DNA of 64,000 nucleotides from NCBI GenBank assembly GCA_000165425.1, contig CT868660.1:310001-374000 (forward strand), read 5' to 3'. Under the pieces are notes generated by a model, which did not search any database, had not been told where the DNA came from, and worked only from the letters and a program-made list of their open reading frames with translations. This stretch comes from Paramecium tetraurelia (Eukaryota). Positions 14,221-26,799 of the stretch are shown one piece after another (positions within the stretch are counted from its first letter, which is position 1; the number at the start of each line of letters is the position of its first letter). The translations under genes were made by a program, and so were the position numbers.

Positions 14221-15058
14221 ATGAATGAATTGATTAGCATTAAAAGTTTAGACAAAATACTCTATCAAAGATAACCTTAAAAACAGAATTCATGTACCCC
14301 AACAACTCTTTTTACACCAAACACCTCTCCGAATTCTAGATTAAGAATACTAAGCCCAACAAATAAACTCGATTCAAGGAATAAATTCAATCAATCTCAA
14401 ACTCCCACTCAATAATTTAAAACTATGGTTAAAAGAGATGCATTGAAAAAGAAAATGAACCTATTAACAGCAAAGTTATAAACAAATAAGACTGAAATCA
14501 TCAAAGAGGAGAATGCCTTTAGTGACAGATTACTGATAACTAGTTTCGAGAATTTCGTTAATGAAACTGATCAAAAATTATAGAATATATGTACTTGGAT
14601 TAATAAATCGCCTTAAAATATTTCTAATTTACAGCCTAAAATACCCATAAATGAGGAGCAAGTAGAAAACTTTGAGAAGAAAATCATAAAGTATTATATA
14701 ATATTAATATAGAACTAAGTAAATTTTATAAGAAAAGAGAGAATAATTAAAATATGCCAAATAACAATATTAGTCTAATAAATAATTATTGCAATAACTG
14801 AAATTCGAGTTAGATTAACTCAATGAAGATTAAAAAATACTTGAAATCAGTACTACTAATAGATCTTTGAAGGATGAAATAGTTTAAAATAGATAAAATC
14901 TAATTAAACACAAGCAGATGTTATTAAAAGTGGATTAATTCATTTCTAAGAATTTAAAAGAACAATTGTTAACTGAAGATTGCTAATTTGGACAATACAT
15001 CAACAAATTCAATAATATCTTTATGTAAATGATCATAACACTTGATTAATAAATCTGA
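14221..15058 (+). CDS. Hypothetical S/T/P-rich and coiled-coil protein
   Basis: Open code-6 frame from ATG 14221; intron 14691-14712; TGA at 15056-15058. Confidence 0.65.
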
Positions 15059-15094
15059 ATATATAATTTAAAATTTACTATATTTATAAAAATA

Positions 15095-15926
15095 ATGAGT
15101 CTAAATTTTGATATAAACTTTAAGGCATAGCAGCAACATTCAAAAGCTGAAAGGGGCACAATAACTTTTGAGAATAATAAGGAGAAGCAATTTATCATTT
15201 AAACTTGGAAAGGATAGGTTGTTAAAAAATCAAAGTTAAGTTGTCCAAAGGATAGTTTATTTATTCCAAGTATAAATGCGAAAAAATAAATTCTTTTTGA
15301 TCATCAGAAATCTATCAAACTTGCTTCTTAGCGTTCTACTTAAGAATCAACTGAGAAAGGCTTATTTAATGATAAATTCATCAATTAAAATCAAGAAAGA
15401 GCTAAAATTTTGCAAAAATTATATAACATACGTCTGCAAAATGTAATGATGAAGTAAAAAAATAAATCATCAAATGATGTATACATGGAATACTTATAGG
15501 AATAGAATATAAGTGTTGATACTTAAAAAGTAATGCTAAGTGAGAAATTAAGATAGTATTCATATAATTTATAAGCAAAGCTGCCAAAATGAAATAGATT
15601 AAGTAAAATAATGCTTAATGAAAGATGAGATAAACTTATAAGAAAAGCAAAAGGAATTAGAGGGTTTGAAATAACAATTAAAATTGGTTAAAGATTCGAT
15701 ATTATAAATAAAAAATTAAAATGTAGACCGAACGAAAGAAATAATTTATAAAATGTAAATAAACCAGGCCAAAGAAAAATAATTACTTACTTAAATTGTT
15801 CAATATATTGAGTTTTTGTAAGATTAATATAGCAATCATTTGTATGAATTTAAAGATTACTTACTATAATTAAGACTTAATGTTAATTAAATAAGAATGG
15901 ATTAAGAATATGATATAAACTAATGA
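15095..15926 (+). CDS. Hypothetical coiled-coil protein
   Basis: MSLNFDINFKAQQQ... reads to TGA at 15924-15926; the span is not a multiple of 3, so one unplaced intron or frame slip remains. Confidence 0.6.
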
Positions 15927-15944
15927 AATATTATTACACTAATA

Positions 15945-16907
15945 TCAATTGTTAAAATACATCTCATATAATAACAATTACTCTTTTATTTTGTGATTCC
16001 ATTTTTTTTATAAATAAGTATCAAAGTAATGGTTAGTTTGCTCATCATAGTCTTTTTCAATTTTTAGAAAAGTTTTTAAATTTGTGTGAAAGATGGATTG
16101 AATTTCATTTGAATGGTTATCTGATTTCAAAATTCCAAGTTGTTCAATTTGTCTTTTAAATTCCAAAGCACATAAGCATCCAATCAAATAATGGCCTGTT
16201 TCGTGTTCTAGCAATTCATCATCGGAAGTAGATTTAGCCCAAGATTTTTCAGAGAATTTGCAAAAGACTTATAATTTAATCTTCTAACGAGCTGGTGATT
16301 GTCTTTTTAGACTTGAACTAGAATTGCTTCGAGCAACTTTTTGTAAAGGAGAAGAATTCTTGGGTGTTGATAAGCGAGTTATTCTCTAAACACTTGAAAC
16401 TCTTGTCGAAGGAGTTGGAGGCTTATTGAAGAGTCGATTATTAATTCTTGGTAGTTGATCGTTCTATTGGAGAGGCAATTTGGGTGGTAATTTAGGGGAT
16501 GATTATCTTATACCTTATTGTTCTGAAGGCTCAGTTATTTTTCTGAGAGGAATTAAAGGTGATTTCTTAATATCTTGAGGGGTGTCTTTAGCTTAAAGTT
16601 CATTTTATTTTTATGTTGGCAAAATTGGAGATTGTTATTGTTTGATTAAAGGTTCTTCTTTTTCTTCAACCATTTAATAATCGTATAGAATATTCCAATA
16701 ACAATGAGCAATCCATGGCATTTCTTCATTTGGTTTGCCCACAAAATCAACCCATTCTAATCGTTTGATTTCAAAATTTTAAATTTTGAGTGGCAATATA
16801 TCTCTTACATATTTATCATTTTATGGATCTAGTAAATATTCCATTTCATATTATGGATTTTTAATATTTTTCAAAGAAATAAATCCTCCAAATGAGATAT
16901 CTGACAT
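15945..16907 (-). CDS. DUF922-like HExxH (zincin-type) protein with a low-complexity insert
   Basis: RLEWVDFVGKP...AHCYWNI, then SEKSW...DELLEHETGHYLIG, then YDEQTNH...QKKWNHKI; intronless. Confidence 0.75.
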
Positions 16908-17017
16908 GATGTATGCAATTATTTAATTAAAATATAGGATTATGTTTAAATAAAAAGTAAAGGAGATTATTGATAAAATATATTTAAATCGATTTTATTA
17001 TTATTGATTATAATAAA

Positions 17018-18203
17018 TCAAATCTCTGGAAAGGTAATTTTCTTAATTTTATCGATGCAGTTTTCTTCCCCATTCTTTTAAACCTAAAAGAATCCTTCCA
17101 TTCCCCATTGTGATCCCCAAGAATTTTTAACAAACCATGTTTGTGTATCATAAGCTACGAAGACCACTACATGTTGATAATTGGAGACTTTAGGATAATT
17201 ACAAGTATTAATGATTCCAGACTTATATCTTAACCAACTTTCATCTGCATACATTAATGCTGCTACAGGTCCATCTTACATAGCAGTTTCAATATCATCA
17301 TTTGTAAATTTGGATAATCCTTCAATTGATTTAAATTGTTTATATCCAATACTTCCCTTTGGTTTTGTGCATTCATCTTCTTTTTAATCATATTCTCTAT
17401 AATCTTTTTCGTAAACTGTTCCATAATTGTTGATAAATTCAAATGCATCTCCAACGGATCCTCCATCACACCCTGCAGTATTACCATCAGCACAATCAAT
17501 TAGATGAGTCTTTGATAATTAATCGAGCTTATTTTTATTTGCTATCGATAGTCTACTGATAGTGACATCAGATACAGCAAATGCCCAACAACTACCACAT
17601 CTTCCTTATTGTTGAACTTCAGTGATCTTAATATAATTGAAAGTGTAATTACTTATTTTAACCAATCTAAACTAGGAGGATTCTTAACGGCTTCTTCTAC
17701 TTTTGATGATGCAGCACTTGTTGCTTTGACAACTTTTTTAACAACAACAACAGTTTTATCAGCCTGTAAAAATGAATTGTGACTCAATGCGTCAGAGCGG
17801 ATTGCATCGAGGTCATTTTCATTAAATAAATCATAATGAGTTTCAAAATCTCTCTTCATAAATATCTTTTCCACTAACTCTTCATTGGTCTCATCTGCAA
17901 AATTGTTTAATCCCCAAACATCCTTTGGTAATTACTCGTTGTGGTGCTAAAAGAGTAATCTAAGTTATCAAATACCTTCATGGCTCTATAGTTCTTTACG
18001 AAGACTTCCATTCTATAGATCATTTCGAATTCGTTATTATATGTTCTCTAATTTTCTTTCACCCAATTTTAAAAGGTCTTCTATTCAACTTCTTTCCAAC
18101 CATAAACAGATCCATTCTCATGTAAGGCTGATTCCAAGTTCGTAGTTGAAAAATCAGAACAAACTACAATAGCACTGACACATAAAATAACGATTATTTT
18201 CAT
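17018..18203 (-). CDS. Papain-family (C1A) cysteine protease, cathepsin L-like
   Basis: Signal peptide, I29-type prodomain (EMIYRMEVF..N, GLNNFAD), QQQGRCGSCWAF, catalytic His in YQHVV, KNSWGSQWG. Confidence 0.95.
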
Positions 18204-18416
18204 TTTATTTAATACAAATATTTTGCCGTTGACACCAATATCAGAATCCAGTTCGAATTAAGTAAAAAAACGATATTTATATTCAATTATCAAATAATTT
18301 ACGACTAAAACCACAATTAAAAGAATTTGACATTAGATATTTATCATCTCAATGTTGTTGATAAATTTCAATAAAATAAAGTAGAAAATAAAAATTTTAA
18401 TATTTTTAATATAATT

Positions 18417-19062
18417 ATGGATATTCACAATAGGAATAAATTGTTACTCGATCTTAAAACGAGCTTATTTCTCCCTCCCTTCAATGAAGAATTGTATTCA
18501 ACCTGCACCACAGATCATCAGAAATCGATCAAAGAAATCTAAGAAATTTATAAGTAATCACATTCTATCAAGACTTAGACTTCGTAATGATCCAGAATTA
18601 GCCGATAAGATTAAACCCATCATCCAATTAAAAATAAAGGATGTGGAAAGAACTAAAAGGGTTCAATTAGCATATTTAATGCATAGAGTAATTATGATAA
18701 TTAAAAATAGATTAACAAAATATAGTCTTAGTACTTTGTGGATTCTGGTCAATTGAGTAGTGATCATATCGATCAGCTTTCCAAAAATGAAAAGGATTAC
18801 TATAAATTTTTTGATCAATTAGTCAAAAAGTATGAAAATGACATAGAGACCAAAGTTAGTTAAGTACATTTGAATTGTTTACAAATTTTAGAATATATTG
18901 CCGCCATCAGAAGTATTTATTGAAGTGAGAGTGATAAAATAAATTGGAAATATCATTACACAAGATGGGGATGAACTTGATTTAGAAGAAGGAACACAAT
19001 AATTAGTGAAGAAATCAGATGTTATCAAATTTCTTTAAGAAGGCTCTCTTGTTTAAATATGA
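18417..19062 (+). CDS. PSF1: GINS complex subunit Psf1
   Basis: LPPFNEE, ERTKRVQLAYLMHR, LSKNEKDYY, LPPSEVFIEVRVIKQIG...KKSDVIKFLQEG; three introns. Confidence 0.88.
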
Positions 19063-19089
19063 ATATTAAGTTATATTAATATTTTTATT

Positions 19090-20823
19090 ATGAAAGTTAT
19101 TATTACTCTGAATTCTGAACAACATGAAATATAATTGTCAGATCCAACTATTGATGCTTTAATTCATGCTATTTAAGACCAATTTAATGTAACTCTTTCA
19201 GATTATGAATTAGATATCTTTTTAATTTGAATTGCTTACAACTGACAATCACACATTAAATGAAATATAAGAAGGAATGCAAATCATAGTCTAAAAAGTT
19301 GAAAAAGACTAAGTGAATCTAACAAAATTTAAATCTTTCTTTGCAAAAGCAGGATCAATTATTAAATCTAAAACAATAAGTCATAAATTCTCTTTATCAA
19401 AAATAAATCAAGTCTCTAATTAGAAATCTTCTGTTTAAATTTCAGATTCAAAACTTAAGATACCAGATCAATAATCTTAATAGATGGACATAAATAATTA
19501 ATCGGTTGATGAGTAAAATATTTAAAAGTGCGAATTATCAGGGATTCTATAATAAGACTCAGCTATGGTTTTAGATGAAAAATAATCTGATAGATAATTA
19601 TTAAATGAATTACAATTAGAATCAGAAAAAATGCATAAACCTCACAATTCTCAAGAATAGAAGAAAAGAAAAAAAAATACTTCCATCAAATAATAGTCTT
19701 AAACAACCAAAGATTAAGCCTTTGCTTATGCAGAAGAAATTGCTAATATTCCCAGACTTAATAAACGATAACAAATATTATAGAGAATGGAAGAGGAAAA
19801 AGCAGAGAAAGAACGAATTGCGAGATAACAATAGGAAGCTAATAGAATAATTAAGTAGATTTAAGAAAAGATCAAGCAAAAAGAAATATTGCTAAAATAA
19901 AAAGAAGAGGCTTTATAGATGCCTGAATTAGAGAAAAGAAAAGTATTTATTTATGCAAATTAAGGCTGTTCTAGCTTAAAAAAGAGAATTGAGTTAACCT
20001 ATCAAACTAAGTGACTTGACAGAACATCAAAAAAAGTATGAAGAAGACAGAAAAATTAAAGAGTATGAAAGAGAACATCATAAGTAGGAACTGGAGTTTG
20101 AAAGCAAATAAAAGTCACTCAAATTTCCTAAGAGCCAAGCTTAGATAAGAGTTGAAGAAGAACAAAAATAGCAAAAATTGATAAGGGAATAGGAAATGGA
20201 ATAAAAAAAATTGGCCAGAATGAAATAATTAAAATATGCAGATGTTGCTTAAGAGATATATTTCAAAGAACATCCTTTAAAACCTAAATAATCTCCACCT
20301 CCAAAGGAAGAATCATCTAAACAAATTAAAGAAATTCAAATTACAGAATAAAACCTAAGAAAAATTCAAAAGTTTATTCCTAAATAAAGGCATATAAGCT
20401 AAGATTCAAAAGATTCTATGACAGATTTAAGTAATCATTAAGAGAATCGACCTCCAAAACCTATGGCCAAAAAACTATAAAAGGTTGTAGAAAAGATTGA
20501 AAAACCTTCAGAACTTCCACCTAAACCAAAAACAACTGATTATCTCTAATAGTTGAGATTATAAAGAAAAGTTCAAGTAAGCATGGAAGATCAATGGGAA
20601 AAGTATATCTATATATTATATTTATAGGATTATTGAAAATAAAGGTTTAGAAAATGAATAGAAAGTCTAAAATGTTTTGAATAATGTATAAAAATTAGAG
20701 TAAAAGGCAAAAGAAAGAGAGAAATTAGCCCTGATAAATCGAGATGTTTAAGCAGAAGAAGAAGCTAATAATTTATATATTGCCAGCATTAGAGCTAAAT
20801 TAGCGATACTGGAGAAAAATTGA
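19090..20823 (+). CDS. Hypothetical coiled-coil protein with ubiquitin-like N-terminus
   Basis: MKVIITLNSEQHEIQL...; K/E/Q-rich middle; C-terminus EANNLYIASIRAKLAILEKN; three introns (first 19189-19213). Confidence 0.75.
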
Positions 20824-21123
20824 TGTTTTTTTCACTATATTATAAATTTTGTTATAACTAAATAATAACCTAATTTATTCTAAAAACATAAACCTATTTT
20901 GAAAGTAGACAATATATGATATTTAATATTCTAAAATATAATAAAAAGGAGGTATAAAGCATCATAAAGCTGAGTATTGAATATTTAATGAAATCTCAAC
21001 CAACAGATATGGTGGCTGAATTTAGATGTTCAAATCTACAGAATAGAATCAATCAATAATTTTCAAATTTTCAAATTTGTCAATGAAAAAAGCCTCAAGT
21101 TCTTTATAAATTAATAGTTTTAA

Positions 21124-22130
21124 ATGTCGAAAGGAATGAACAGTAATAGTTATTTTTTAGATAATTAATAATACAATTAGAAAAATGGATTACAATGATT
21201 AAAGCGTTGGGCTATGCTATTTTTGCGTGTTCTTTCGTTATAAATAGTATACTTATTTGATGATGATAACAAATGCCATTTAAGGGATAGTTTTAATGGG
21301 AATAGGAATTTTAGGTCTATTAGAAGAAGTGTAGTTGCTTGTATTTTCAACACCAATAACATTGAGTTTTATATGTTTAGGTGATGAAATTTAAATATAA
21401 AGATAGGTAGTTTGGTAGTGTTTGGACTCATATTATAATTGATATTCTTGATGAGAAATTCAGTCTTATATATAGGGAGAATGATGGTAGTGGTAAATAT
21501 TTTAACTTCTCTCTTTGATTTAAGTTCAGGAATAATATTAATTTTATCTTGTTTCATGAAATTAACTTTCATAGAATTCAATGATACACAGTAATCTTTC
21601 AGCGAGACCTAAAGAACAATTTTGTTAATAATTTCAATACTAATAATTATTGTATCTTTATATGGATTTTGGATGACTTTTCTTCAATACCAGACTATTA
21701 TACCATTATAAGAGTAATTGTAGTAAGAGTTCTAAGTTGTACCAGTAATTTCATTAAGACAAGCAGTTGCTAGAAAGTTATCAAAGAATTTCATTGGAGA
21801 ACTCACTCCTAATGGGAATGGGAGGATGAATAGACTAGCGAGAGGAGATTCAACTTTAGAGCAGTCTCAACCTTTATAAAGGATGCAAGTATGAGATTAT
21901 AATCAATTAAAAAGTCAAAGCAATTTATGTAAATTGAATAAAATGAGCCGTATGCAAATCAAAGAAGTGAAAAACTAATAAAAGTTAATGACAATTTAGC
22001 TCCATACAATGAATTTTATACTATTTCCAGCAATACTATGAGACATCCTCAATAAACAGATGAATTGCAAACTTTAAGAAAATAAAAGACTCCAAGAGCT
22101 ACTTAGATTAAATAATAATAAGAAAGTTGA
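21124..22130 (+). CDS. Multi-pass membrane protein, 5' structure uncertain
   Basis: Several hydrophobic stretches (IVLMGIGILGLL, VVVNILTSLFDLSSGIILILSCF, ILLIISILIIIVSLYGFW) and a hydrophilic tail to TGA 22128-22130; start and first introns unresolved. Confidence 0.5.
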
Positions 22131-22174
22131 TTTATTATCTCATTTTTTAAATTATTAAATATTGTCATAGTTCA

Positions 22175-24439
22175 ATGAAGGTGTTTCTGATTTTAGTGGT
22201 AGCAATCATTTAGTTAACTTATGGGGATCAGTGTTCTGAAGTAAGTGATATAGGTTTATGTTTGAAAACATCGAATTTTTGTATTAAATCACTATTAATA
22301 TTAGGTTATATTTTGGAAGCTGATGTACCATATTTATCAGCTGATAATCAAAACAATGGTGTAGTTTTGGATCAGGTGAATGATAGATGCATGGTAATGA
22401 ATTTTAAAAATTTAAGAGTCTTAACTATTTTACAAGATGTGATTAACTAATAACCAAAGAGTCATGCAAATTAGGAAGTTGCTTGTGGGATCCTATTAAT
22501 GTTGAATGCTATGTATTTGATTCAATTATCCAAAGGAATGGGATTTAGCACCTTGTTAAAGTTACTCCAAATAAATTTGTTAATGGAATTCTTAATGTGA
22601 ATTAGTGAATTTAACTTAAACATTAGACTTGCTCACTAACTATACAATGATGAACAGCGTAGATAATTCATAGAGAGATGGAAGAGCCCTAGGTACTTGG
22701 CTATATGAGTTCGGATAAATAATTTAAATCTTAGAAAAATAAAATGATCAAGAAACGTATCTCTTCACAAAATGTTAATTAAAAAATCTGTGTGAATTAA
22801 TTCAGATTACTGATGCTAGTTAAGGAATTACTATATGTCATTAATCTGAATTGGGATGTTATTTTAATTCTCAGTACAAGATGTGCAGTACTATTAGTCA
22901 TACTACCAATTGTGCTGATATTAAATGGAAATCTAGATGTGAAAGTGGAGCAGCTCCTTGTGTATGGCTGGGAGTGAAATGTGTATAATATAATGATCCT
23001 GATGTTCCATGCAGTTTTCTAAGCACTACTGCCTGTTTGAATAATGAGAAATGCTATTTAGAGGGGGCTAATTGTAAATCCTATTTACGATGCAATGATT
23101 ATAAGACAAAAGCAACCTGTGATGGTGATCATGGATTTAAATGTTACTTTGATGATTATGAGAATAAGTGCAAATTATTAACGACTGATATTCCATGCAA
23201 AAAGAGAGGACAAAATAATTGCGGTTGGTTGGGTATGTGTGAAAGTATTGACAACAAATGTCAAGTGAAATTACCTGAATTTTATTGTCAATCTTATTCA
23301 TAAGCAGAATGTAATCCTGAACCTAATCCTGTTCCTCCTGTTCCTATTGTTTATCCTGCTCCTGCTGGATGCAAATGGGATGAAAACCTTTAAATATGCA
23401 AAATCAAAAATGCCTACGATTGTTCAAGCCAAAAATCTCAAGATTGTGATAAAACAGGAAATTGCTTTTTTGATATTGTTCTTAATTAATGCACCGTGAT
23501 ATAGAGAAATACAAAATGCGAGTTGTTAGGTTAGATCTCCTGTCAAAAGAAGATCAATTAAACAAACAATCTTTGCTAATGGTCAACAACTAGAAATCTT
23601 TGCATTTCGATTTTCGACTTAGCTTGTGAAGATATATAGGCTGAATTTTGTTCAAATAGAGAAAAGTGTTTCAAGACTGGCAATGTTTGTTAAACAAGGA
23701 GATAATGTTAAGATAACATATAGATTGTGGATTGTTGGGATGATGCATCATAATTCTGTTATTTTAATTTCGATTTATAAATTTGCACTAGAGTTACAAC
23801 TTATTCTCCATGTGAGTAAATATTTAGAGAAGCCTCTTGTAATCAGGCTATCTGTGCTTGGTAAAATGGAAAGTGCTTAAAATTAGAAAATGTTAGTTGC
23901 AGTGAATTAACAGTTTAAAATTGTAAATACTCAAGTTAATGTTAATATTACAATTCTAATTGCATTCCCCTTGATCAATGTGGTTTAAATGATGGAAATC
24001 AAGATGGCTGCGAATTAGATTCTCATCATTGCATGTTCAATTCGGAAACCTTAAAATGTTCTTAAATAGATGGATCTTCTGATTGTTCATCTATCATTGG
24101 AGCAGATAACTGCAATTATGGAGCATGTAATACTAATATATAATTTAAGGTGTTCTCTAGCCTGGACTAGATAGAAAACTACAATGTGTGGAATATGAAA
24201 ATGCTGATTGTTCATACTTGAAATAAGAATACTGTAACTTTGGACAATGTACATGGAATGTTTCATAGTGTGTCTCATACCCATACAAAATACAAAAAAC
24301 TACTATTATTGACAATGCAAATGCCACAAATACATCTTCCCCTACGAATGGCACAGTCTAAAATGAAAATAACTCAACAACATCCAGCTCTGGTTATGGA
24401 ATCTTAGTTATTTCTATTCTAGCATTTTTTATAGAATGA
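22175..24439 (+). CDS. Cysteine-rich, probably GPI-anchored surface protein (surface-antigen-like repeats)
   Basis: Signal peptide MKVFLILVVAIIQLTYG, periodic C..C.W....C repeats, N/S/T-rich stalk, hydrophobic tail SSGYGILVISILAFFIE. Confidence 0.85.
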
Positions 24440-25605
24440 AATCTGATAACATATTACACCAATCAAAACCAAAAATAAATATACAAAACCATTTCATTTC
24501 ATTTATTATAATAATTCTCTTTCTAATTTGTCAAAACCAAAACTTAATTATTAATTCTCTTTTAATAATAATTCTTAAACTTGCATTGACACTTTATTTA
24601 TAAAATCTTTTTGTTTCTCTCTAAATAGACCAACACTTTTATTATTCTAAAGTTTTAGATCATCATTTTCTAAGCTACTTTTTTGCTTCTTTTCTTAATT
24701 TTGTTTCTTGTATCCATATTTCAACCTAAAATTCAATCTCAAGTATGGAATTGCTAATCGTTCCTCCTCCAAAGGTTCTATTTATATTTTATACTATTTC
24801 TTCTATCCTTAATGAAGATAAGGTTAAGAGCTATTCTTTGTTACCCTGTGTCCGTTCTAAATATCTGGTAAATTTCTTGAGTTGTTTTAGGAACGATGTA
24901 GTTTCTAAAGAACTAATCCATCACCTGCTTTTAAACTGCTTCGATTAGAAATATTATTCTTTGGACTTAAAATGCTTGGAACAAAATAATTTTAATGATT
25001 TAATTTTTCCAAAGGGGTCTTTTTCAAAGATCTCACAGAATAAAGTTAGTTTAAGTTTAATTCTTTATAGTAATTATCGAGCAAAGCCTATTTCATAATA
25101 AATAATATTGTTTTTTATTTCTTAAATAATTCTAAATAAAGAAGTACTAGCATTCTCAAACAAAATGATCCATATGAATACACTTAAATAGAAATTGATA
25201 TAATTTCATTGAGATTTGTTTTCTTTTTGTGGAAGGCAAACCTAAAATGATATTATAATTATTACAAGCTATTTATAAAAATACTTAAGAAATTAGTAAG
25301 AATAAAAAAGAACGAGTAATTTTAAAAAAAATGAATAACTTTAACTTATACAACATTAATATAAAGGTGGGTTAAAAAGTAACTTTAATTTTATATTGAC
25401 ATAATAACATATTTTGAAAAAAACGAAACTTAGATATTTTGATAACAATATGGCATACTTATTTTAAGTAAAAAAATTAAGTATTAAAATGAAATTGAAA
25501 ATATGATTCGACTTAAAATTATGAATATTTAAGTTAATTTAATATAACTTTCTATATATATAGATTGAATTACGAATATATGAGAAATATAAACAAATTC
25601 TAAAT

Positions 25606-26226
25606 TCACTCATTTTCATATTGTATATTATCTAAATTTAGATCCTGTCTTAATTTATCGAATAATAAGCATAGTTTCTGATCCCTTGACGAATTAGCAT
25701 ATTCAATTAGAGATTAGATATTTTTAACTAATTTTTATTGTCTATCTTTAACTTTTTGAATTGTAAAATGATTCGAAATTTTATAAATTTATTATTATGT
25801 TGCCTCACTTATCTCTGTTTTGTATCTTCTAGCAGAGGGCAGAATCTTACTCGTCAAAATTGGAGGATATTTTTATGGTGTTTTTAAGATTAAATGGGGT
25901 ATTTAGATCGGAGTTTGATTTTCAATGGCATCAAGATGAATTTTAAATCTCTCAGTTTTTGGATCAACACTACTTACAGACATACTTTTTTTATTCAAAT
26001 CTGGGAATTATTTGATATCTGTTGAATGATCACTGATGTTATGAGTAAATTTTCTTATATGATGATTACTTGATTTATCACTAAAGCTAAGTTTGTTTGA
26101 GATTTTTTTGGAATCATATTTTTGTAGTCGCTGTTTTGAAGAACTAATTTCTTTGAGTGCACTCTGACATTGTTTCTCCAATAGGTTAATGGGTCTAGCT
26201 TGTATTTTTGGAAATAAAAAATTCAT
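25606..26226 (-). CDS. Hypothetical basic, S-rich protein
   Basis: MNFLFPKIQARP... continuous code-6 frame ending NIQYENE-TGA. Confidence 0.7.
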
Positions 26227-26799
26227 TATATAATATTAAAATACTTTTTATCTTCGTTTGATTTTTAATTTAAAAATATTCTTATCATCTATTTAAATAT
26301 ATGACTATAAGTTTGACATCATTTTAGAAGAATAAAAATAAGATATCATACAATTTGGTAGATATAAAAAATGAAAGTGGATGATAATGAGCTAATAAAA
26401 TGACATCCAAAGTAAGTATTTGGCTATGGTGTAGATAAAATAGAACAAAAGCGATTTGCAAGTAACGCATTGATTATAAAATTAAGATTCATAAATAGAT
26501 AATATTAAATCATATAACTAATATAACCTTAACTTATTTGACTCAATAAATTTAGAAAAAAGAATTAAAAATTGAATATCCAGCATTCAATAAAGGGATT
26601 TGAAATATAGTAAAGAAAAATAAATTGAAAAATGGAAAAAGAAATGATCTTATAAGGTGCACTTATTGAAATTGTTATGATGAGAAGGGCATCTAAGTTG
26701 TTAACCAATTTTGAGTTATCATTTATGTTACTAAAGTGAGAGTTTAAAGTTTTCTAATTATTTTGAAATTTAAATTTCAATATAATATATTTAACAATT

